A DNA stretch of 64,000 nucleotides from a virus: the IMG/VR virus record IMGVR_UViG_3300032284_001133, positions 1 through 64,000 of that record. One strand, given 5' to 3'. The translations under genes and the position numbers were made by a program. How positions within the stretch are numbered: position 1 is the first letter of the stretch; each line of letters starts with the position of its first letter. Under the pieces are notes generated by a model, which saw only the letters and a list, made by a program, of their open reading frames with translations, made no database searches and had not been told where the DNA came from. This document shows, piece after piece, positions 31,750-38,010 of this stretch.

Positions 31750-31775
31750 CTTAAGTGTGTAATATCTGTTACACT
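31746..31775 (+). promoter_or_regulatory. Sigma70-type promoter upstream of gp47-like gene
   Basis: TTGACT (31746-31751), 18-nt spacer, TACACT (31770-31775) preceded by TG; AGGAG SD follows. Confidence 0.65.
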
Positions 31776-31792
31776 CATTAGTAGGAGACTCT

Positions 31793-32806
31793 ATGCAATT
31801 ATTCAAAAAGGTAGCATGCTTTACTGATATACATTTTGGTTTAAAATCTAATAGTGCGGTTCATAATCAAGACTGCGAAGATTTTGTAGACTGGTTTATT
31901 GCCAATGCAAAAGCGCAGAACTGCGAAACTGCTATTTTCTTAGGAGATTGGCACCATAACCGAAATAGTATAAATTTAACAACAATGGATTATAGCATTC
32001 GTTGTTTAGAAAAATTAGGAGCGGCCTTCAAACAGTTCTTCTGGTTTCCTGGTAATCACGATTTGTTTTTTAAAGACAAACGTACTATTCATAGTTCGGC
32101 ATTTGGTCGACATATTCCGGGAGTAACTGTTGTAGATAGCGTGTGGACAAGCGGTAATGTTACACTAGTACCCTGGTTAGTAGGTGAGGAATGGAAAGAT
32201 ATTTCCAGTACTAAAAGCAAATATATGTTTGGTCACTTTGAATTACCTTTGTTCTATATGAACGCTATGGTACAGATGCCGGATACAGGCGAGCTACAAT
32301 CTGCACATTTTGAACATCAAGAATATGTATTCAGCGGGCATTTTCATAAACGTCAAAATCAAGGAAAAATCTGGTACATAGGTAATGCGTTCCCTCATAA
32401 CTTTTCCGATGCAGGTGATGACGAAAGAGGTATGATGGTAATGGAATGGGGCAAAAAACCAGAATTCATCAAATGGGATCATGCTCCTAAATTTCGTACT
32501 CTTAAATTAAGTCAGTTATTAGACGAAGAAGATAGTATTATGAAAGATAAAATGTACCTTAAGGTGCATATCGATCTGCCTATCAGCTACGAAGAAGCAA
32601 ATTTAATTAAAGAAGAGTTTGGTAAAAAATACGATATTAGAGAACTTAGTCTAATACAAGAAAAAGATAATATCGAAACTGTAATCGACGATAGTGTCGA
32701 ATCTAAATTTGAAAGCGTTGATCAGATTGTCACAGAGCAATTGGTCAATATCGATTCTAATTCATACGATCCTAAAGTATTACTGGAAATTTATAACGGT
32801 CTATAA
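31793..32806 (+). CDS. Recombination endonuclease subunit, gp47/SbcD/Mre11-like metallophosphoesterase
   Basis: DIHFG, LGDWHH, GNHD, GHF, SGHFH motifs. Confidence 0.95.
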   Translation: MQLFKKVACFTDIHFGLKSNSAVHNQDCEDFVDWFIANAKAQNCETAIFLGDWHHNRNSINLTTMDYSIRCLEKLGAAFKQFFWFPGNHDLFFKDKRTIHSSAFGRHIPGVTVVDSVWTSGNVTLVPWLVGEEWKDISSTKSKYMFGHFELPLFYMNAMVQMPDTGELQSAHFEHQEYVFSGHFHKRQNQGKIWYIGNAFPHNFSDAGDDERGMMVMEWGKKPEFIKWDHAPKFRTLKLSQLLDEEDSIMKDKMYLKVHIDLPISYEEANLIKEEFGKKYDIRELSLIQEKDNIETVIDDSVESKFESVDQIVTEQLVNIDSNSYDPKVLLEIYNGL

Positions 32807-34587
32807 TGTTTAAAATAAAAAATATAACAGTTAAGAATTTTCTTAGCGTTGGTAATCAAACACAGGCTGTCGATTTTGATAAAGAACATCTAACTTTAGT
32901 ACTAGGTGAAAATTTAGACCTAGGCGGAGATGATAATGGAAGCCGGAACGGTACTGGAAAAACTACAATCATTAACGCATTGAGTTATGCTTTGTATGGT
33001 AACGCACTTACTAACATTCGAAAAGAAAATCTAATTAATAAAACCAACGGTAAAAATATGTTAGTTACTGTTGAATTTGAAGTAAGCGGTACTAAATTTA
33101 AAATTGAAAGAGGTCGCAAACCTAATATATTAAAATTCTTTGTAAACGACCAAGAACAAGAGCACAAAGACGATGACGCTCAGGGAGATAGCCGCGAAAC
33201 ACAAAAATCAATTGAGCAATTATTAGGTATGAGCCATACTATGTTCAAGCATTTGGTCGCTTTAAACACCTATTCTGAACCGTTTCTTAGCTTAAAACCT
33301 AATGATCAACGAGAAGTTATTGAACAATTACTGGGTATTACGCTATTGAGTGAAAAAGCAGAAAACCTAAAAACACAGTTAAAAGAATCTAGAGACGCGA
33401 TTCAAGCTGAAACTGCAAGAATTGAAGCAGTTAAAGCCGCAAACGAGAATGTACAAAAAAGTATTGATAGTTTAATTACTCGGAGTAAAGCATGGAATAC
33501 AAAAAAAGATGAAGATCTAGAACGCCTTGCTCGTGCTATCATGCAATTACAAAATGTAGATATAGAAGCAGAGCTTGTAGCTCATGCACAACTTAAAAAT
33601 TGGAACGATAGTAACAATAAACTAAGAGATCTTACTAAACAAAAAGCTACCTTAGATTCCGCAGTTGGGCAGGCGGAAAAAACGTTGGCCAAATATAAAA
33701 AAGAAACAGAACAATTAGAAAACAAAACATGTCCTGCATGTGCTCAAGAACTACATGATCACAAACATGAAGAAATGACTGCCGTTGCTGAAAAAAATTA
33801 TAAAGATGCTTTTGAGTATTTTCAAAAAATGAGTGCTCAACTTAATCAAATTAAAGATGAAATTATTGGATTAGGAACGCTACCTAAACCTCCAACAACG
33901 TTTTATGATTCTGAATCAGAAGCGTTAGGTCATAAAAGCAACCTTGCTAATTTAGAAAGACAACTTGAAGATAAAGCCATGGAGCATAATCCATACAATG
34001 AACAAGTTGAAGAATTAAGACACACTGCTATACAGGAAATATCTTGGGATATTGTTAATACACTAACCAAATTAAAAGAACACCAAGAATTTTTGTATAA
34101 ACTATTAACCAACAAAGATAGTTTTATTCGTAAAAAGATTATTGATCAAAATTTAACACATTTGAATAAGCGGCTAAGCTACTATATCAATAAATTAGGA
34201 TTACCGCACAAGGTTACTTTCTTAAATGACCTGTCTGTAGAAATTACTCAACTTGGCCAAGATTTAGATTTTGATAATCTAAGCAGAGGAGAAAGAAACA
34301 GATTAATATTAAGTCTAAGTTTTGCATTTCGTGATGTATGGGAAAACTTATATCAAAATATTAATCTATTGTTTATTGACGAGCTCATTGATGCTGGAAT
34401 GGATGCCGCAGGCGTCGAGGCAGGCATTGCTGTTCTAAAGAAGATGGGGCGTGAACGTAATAAAAATATATACTTGATAAGCCATAAAGACGAATTAATC
34501 GGCCGTGTTAATAATGTACTTAAGGTTATTAAAGAAAACGGTTTTACCAGTTATTCAAATGATGTAGACTTTGTTGAAGCCCGATGA
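32806..34587 (+). CDS. Recombination ATPase subunit, gp46/SbcC/Rad50-like
   Basis: Walker A NGTGKTT, coiled coil with CPAC zinc hook, LSRGE signature, LLFIDE Walker B, ISHK. Confidence 0.95.
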   Translation: MFKIKNITVKNFLSVGNQTQAVDFDKEHLTLVLGENLDLGGDDNGSRNGTGKTTIINALSYALYGNALTNIRKENLINKTNGKNMLVTVEFEVSGTKFKIERGRKPNILKFFVNDQEQEHKDDDAQGDSRETQKSIEQLLGMSHTMFKHLVALNTYSEPFLSLKPNDQREVIEQLLGITLLSEKAENLKTQLKESRDAIQAETARIEAVKAANENVQKSIDSLITRSKAWNTKKDEDLERLARAIMQLQNVDIEAELVAHAQLKNWNDSNNKLRDLTKQKATLDSAVGQAEKTLAKYKKETEQLENKTCPACAQELHDHKHEEMTAVAEKNYKDAFEYFQKMSAQLNQIKDEIIGLGTLPKPPTTFYDSESEALGHKSNLANLERQLEDKAMEHNPYNEQVEELRHTAIQEISWDIVNTLTKLKEHQEFLYKLLTNKDSFIRKKIIDQNLTHLNKRLSYYINKLGLPHKVTFLNDLSVEITQLGQDLDFDNLSRGERNRLILSLSFAFRDVWENLYQNINLLFIDELIDAGMDAAGVEAGIAVLKKMGRERNKNIYLISHKDELIGRVNNVLKVIKENGFTSYSNDVDFVEAR

Positions 34588-34904
34588 TAAACAAGTATAA
34601 GAATATCTATAGTGAGTTAATTGTAGCCTTAACTGAGCTACACAATGCTCATCTAGATTATCTTGAAGGACCAAATATAAGAAAATCTAGAGATCTTAAA
34701 AAGAAAATTAAAAGTCTAACACCTAAGTTAAAAAATTTACTCAATATTGTAACAGATGTCAATAAAGAAGTAACCAAGCGAGACAGAGGAATATATCCAA
34801 GAATACCAAATGATCCCAATTTGTTGACTCCGGAATTTCACGAATGGGTAAGTAAAGGACTAGGTAGAGTTAATAAATTTACACCAAAAGGAAAAAAGAA
34901 ATGA
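34584..34904 (+). CDS. Hypothetical basic protein (106 aa)
   Basis: ATGA overlaps with both neighbours; Lys-rich helical composition. Confidence 0.6.
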   Translation: MINKYKNIYSELIVALTELHNAHLDYLEGPNIRKSRDLKKKIKSLTPKLKNLLNIVTDVNKEVTKRDRGIYPRIPNDPNLLTPEFHEWVSKGLGRVNKFTPKGKKK

Positions 34905-35095
34905 ATTCACAAGCAGAACTATTAGCGGCTTATCAATCCTATATGGAAGAAAACGCCAAATTTGAAAAAGGCAACAATGCGGCCGGTACTCGTGCTCGCA
35001 AGGCATTGGCAGACATGGGCAAGGCTGTAAAAGGTCGCCGCAATGAAATTACTGAAACTAAAAATGCCCGTAAAGAAGAAAAGGTCACAAAGTAA
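34901..35095 (+). CDS. Histone H1-like Hc1 family small protein (64 aa)
   Basis: KFEKGNNAAGTRARKAL...RRNEI matches the Hc1 N-terminal domain pattern (KGNKAAAxRxR). Confidence 0.75.
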   Translation: MNSQAELLAAYQSYMEENAKFEKGNNAAGTRARKALADMGKAVKGRRNEITETKNARKEEKVTK

Positions 35096-35250
35096 TGTTC
35101 CATCTAAGAGAAGAAGGCCAGGTAGTACGTAACGGATTTAACTTTTACAAGTTGTCCGATAAAAGTAATGCTGGTTTTATTTTTAGATTAGGAACAAAAT
35201 TTTTTACACTTAGGTATTCTAAAATAAGGAAGACCTGGATTATTGGATGA
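35095..35250 (+). CDS. Small hypothetical protein (51 aa)
   Basis: Below the ORF-track cutoff; MFHLREEGQVVRNGFNFYKLSDKSNAGFIFRLGTKFFTLRYSKIRKTWIIG fills the gap exactly, with TAATG and ATGA overlaps at its ends. Confidence 0.7.
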   Translation: MFHLREEGQVVRNGFNFYKLSDKSNAGFIFRLGTKFFTLRYSKIRKTWIIG

Positions 35251-35672
35251 CTTGGACTTTTCAAGGTACTTTAGTTGAAGAACTCCCCGAAGACTGTGTT
35301 GGGTTTGTGTATCTAATAACCAATACAATCACAGGACGCAAGTATATTGGCAAAAAATTGGCAAAATTTGCAAAAACAACATATAAGACTATAAAATTAA
35401 AAAACGGTAACAAGAAAAAGAAGAAAATTAGAGGCAAAATAGAAAGCGACTGGAAAACATATTACGGTTCAAACATAGAATTAAACAAAGACGTAGAAAC
35501 CTTAGGCACAAATAACTTCACTAGAGAAATATTACATTATTGTAAAAGTAAAGCAGAAACATCTTACATTGAGGCCCGTGAACAATTCGACCGCAAAGTA
35601 TTAGAATCAGATGACTACTATAACGGACATATACAAGTTCGTGTACATGGCTCACACATTATAAAATCTTAG
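35247..35672 (+). CDS. Stand-alone GIY-YIG family nuclease (141 aa)
   Basis: GFVYLITNTITGRKYIGKK motif, basic insertion, ESDWKTYYGS, conserved Glu (YIEAREQF) and YYN. Confidence 0.85.
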   Translation: MTWTFQGTLVEELPEDCVGFVYLITNTITGRKYIGKKLAKFAKTTYKTIKLKNGNKKKKKIRGKIESDWKTYYGSNIELNKDVETLGTNNFTREILHYCKSKAETSYIEAREQFDRKVLESDDYYNGHIQVRVHGSHIIKS

Positions 35673-35689
35673 GCATATAATCGGTAATA

Positions 35690-36115
35690 AGCTCGCACCT
35701 GCTAATTTCGGGTGCCCAAAAATCTGGACTTAGAGTCGCAGGGATGGAAACCTCTTGCCGAAAAGAGTACTCAACTACTATCCTTTACAGGACGTCGATC
35801 GCAAATTGCCGCGGTTTAGTTGTTTGAAAAGAGTTAAAAAGGCCTAATGAAGGGAGAAAAACCCTACGTTTACATTTATGATAGCGTATATTTGTAAACC
35901 GCCGTTGAATGAAGACGGAGCTCGTGGTACCGGTCAACCGCCACTGTAATGCTCTAACGCTGTGTGACTTGTTGAACTCAGATAATGTCATTTTTTCGCC
36001 CGGCAGGGCGAAGTGTGACCATAGAATCTAGATAATATCTTAAACACTTCGTGTTTTCAATGTTAAAAAAATGCTTTGAGCTGAAAGCGAAAAAGCAAAT
36101 GAGCGCAAGCTCATT
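35690..36115 (+). ncRNA. Candidate large structured non-coding RNA (family not recognised; strand inferred)
   Basis: Largest intergenic gap in the window; about 46% G+C by hand count over 35691-36020; about 12 consecutive or nested helices with G-U pairs on the plus strand and a terminal GCAA tetraloop. Confidence 0.6.
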
Positions 36116-36157
36116 ATCAAACATAAATAAATTTAATGTTCTTTTGAGGAATGAAAT

Positions 36158-36850
36158 ATGCGAATTGCTGAAATTATTGTAGAATCTGATTTAAATGAAG
36201 GTCCTGCTTGGGATGCTATTAAACAAGGTGCGGGTGCCGTAGGTAGTGCTGTAAAACAAGGAGCTCAAGCTCTTGGTAAAGGTGCTGTAGCCACAGGTAA
36301 AGCCGTAGGCAAGTATGGCCCTGGTGTAATTCAAGGTGCAGGTAATTTAGCTACTAATGTTGCTCATCAAGCAGGTAACGTTGCTAGTACTTTAGGTACT
36401 GGTGTTGGTAGAACAGCAGGTGGATTATTAGGTGGTATTAAGCAAGGATGGGATCAAGCAAGGGGTAACCCTACAGGTGCTAATCAAGTTCCGTCAGCAG
36501 TTCCTCCACAACAACCAAATAATCCAAACATCGCTAATTCACAAGGTGCAAATCAGACACAAGGCGGTAATCAGTCTCAAGGTGTTACACAACAAGCACC
36601 AAATGCTCAGCAGGCCGCAAGTGGAGCTCAACCAACTCCTCAAAGTATTAAATCTCAAATTTCTGCTAAACAAAAACAGATGAAAGCGTTGCAAAAAGAG
36701 TTAAATGGTCTGCAAAAAATGTTAACTCCTAAACAACCAGCTACAACTACTCAGCCTAATCTTCAGGTTCAACAAGGCGGAATAGCACCTTCGGGAAACC
36801 AAGCCACAGGCGAAGGCTTTGAAAGTAAATTTTTAGGAATGACGATTTAA
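36158..36850 (+). CDS. Hypothetical low-complexity protein, probable head-internal protein (230 aa)
   Basis: TAAATA at 36124-36129 and GAGGA SD; N-terminal MRIAEIIVESDLNEG carries I/L-x-E sites like gp21-cleaved proteins; Gly/Ala/Gln-rich. Confidence 0.65.
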   Translation: MRIAEIIVESDLNEGPAWDAIKQGAGAVGSAVKQGAQALGKGAVATGKAVGKYGPGVIQGAGNLATNVAHQAGNVASTLGTGVGRTAGGLLGGIKQGWDQARGNPTGANQVPSAVPPQQPNNPNIANSQGANQTQGGNQSQGVTQQAPNAQQAASGAQPTPQSIKSQISAKQKQMKALQKELNGLQKMLTPKQPATTTQPNLQVQQGGIAPSGNQATGEGFESKFLGMTI

Positions 36851-37065
36851 AAGAACGGTAATCCGGACTTTTTAGTTGTTTCTAAATTATCTGAAATTAT
36901 TTTTCCGATAATTTCTCTATCTTCAATTGATAACAAATATGCTTCGCTTATGGTCATGCCACCACGCATGTACCAGCAAAACTTAAACAATTCGTCTTTG
37001 ATGGCTTTTGATTCATTTTCCATGGACTTTGACAGCTGGTCAATTTGGTCCATGCTGAGGTTCAA
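36847..37065 (-). CDS. gp51-like assembly chaperone segment, probably the -1 frameshift extension of the upstream gene
   Basis: CWYMRGGMTISEAYLLSIEDREII motif; no SD before TTG/ATG; frame is open back to the slippery heptamer at 37077-37083. Confidence 0.75.
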   Translation of the reverse strand: MNLSMDQIDQLSKSMENESKAIKDELFKFCWYMRGGMTISEAYLLSIEDREIIGKIISDNLETTKKSGLPFF

Positions 37066-37070
37066 AAGCC

Positions 37071-37937
37071 TTAAGCGAAAAAAGTTGATGCATCAAATAT
37101 CAAAGGAATTTCGATAGGTTTATCTTCAACTCCACCTGCTAGCATTGCAGGAGTTGGATTAATAGTCAATGAGCTAATAGTATTTTGCTCTCTCAATACA
37201 TCTAAATGATTTTTAACTTTATCAAAAATTTCTTTATCTGAGTTCTCCATAAACTCTTTTATAAACACAGGATCATCTGTACTTCCTTGACTAGATTCAA
37301 TTTTGTATACACAATCAGTAATAATGCCAACTGCTACTCTGTTGAGTTTATCAAAAGATTCTTTAAACAGTTTTAATTTGTCTTCTTCCTTCATTTCCGA
37401 GCTATTGGCAATTTGCATGATCTTTTGTGTTTCAAAACTTTGTAAAGCACTTTCGGTCATTTTTCTGTAATTGATTGGTTTAACAAAAACTGTAAGATCT
37501 TGATTAATAGCAACTGCATCTTCCCAAGAAACTTTTCCTGCTAGATCAGACATTACTGATCTTAAATCAACATCATATTCGTAATCTGAATCGCCTGTAT
37601 CAATAGGAACAGCCATACGTTCACCATATGTAGCTATACGTATTGCCATTAAGATAGTGTCAACATCTAAATTTGGAGCTTCCCATGCATTTTTAATATT
37701 AGGCATACAACTTTGCATAAGATCAACAATAGCCTGTCCGTTAAGTAATGCATCGGGAATTTTAATTAAAAGTTCATCTTTAGCAGTCATTGAATATACA
37801 GGATACTCGCCTGTTTCACTTACTACTAGACTACCTTCTGGCCAAAAACGTCCTCCGCTAGGCAATTTAATATAAATTTTAGGTTGACGCATTAATCCTG
37901 CTAGTGGATTATTTTTTAATTTTGGTTGTGTAATCAC
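37071..37937 (-). CDS. Baseplate hub/tail assembly chaperone, gp26-like (288 aa)
   Basis: Likely true start GTG 37937 with GGAGA SD and TAAATA at 37983-37978; RQPKIYIKLPSGG, PVYSMTAKDEL, DVDTILMAIRIATYGE motifs; ends STFFA. Confidence 0.85.
   Translation of the reverse strand: MITQPKLKNNPLAGLMRQPKIYIKLPSGGRFWPEGSLVVSETGEYPVYSMTAKDELLIKIPDALLNGQAIVDLMQSCMPNIKNAWEAPNLDVDTILMAIRIATYGERMAVPIDTGDSDYEYDVDLRSVMSDLAGKVSWEDAVAINQDLTVFVKPINYRKMTESALQSFETQKIMQIANSSEMKEEDKLKLFKESFDKLNRVAVGIITDCVYKIESSQGSTDDPVFIKEFMENSDKEIFDKVKNHLDVLREQNTISSLTINPTPAMLAGGVEDKPIEIPLIFDASTFFA
37077..37083 (-). other. Putative programmed -1 ribosomal frameshift site (T TTT TTC)
   Basis: ACT TTT TTC GCT TAA; the -1 frame continues TTT CGC TTA AGG CTT TTG AAC CTC AGC ATG into ORF 36847-37065. 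Confidence 0.75.
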
Positions 37938-38010
37938 GGTTTTATCTCCAATAAATAAGTTGACAAACTTATAGATATATTTATCTACGCATATAACCCC
38001 AGGAAAAACT

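Noticed and set aside
35785-35991. 68-aa minus-strand ORF inside the structured region
   Set aside because: Antisense to the local direction, no clear SD, atypical composition; better explained as chance in GC-richer non-coding sequence.
35962-36040. CRISPR or mini-array
   Set aside because: Only two imperfect copies and no cas genes; kept only as a direct-repeat observation.
35673-36120. Group I intron, RNase P, tmRNA or tRNA interpretation of the structured region
   Set aside because: TCAACTACTA resembles the group I R element, but I found no matching S/P7 partner and no interrupted gene; no RNase P GAGGAAAGTCC, tmRNA/tRNA acceptor or T-arm motifs were seen.
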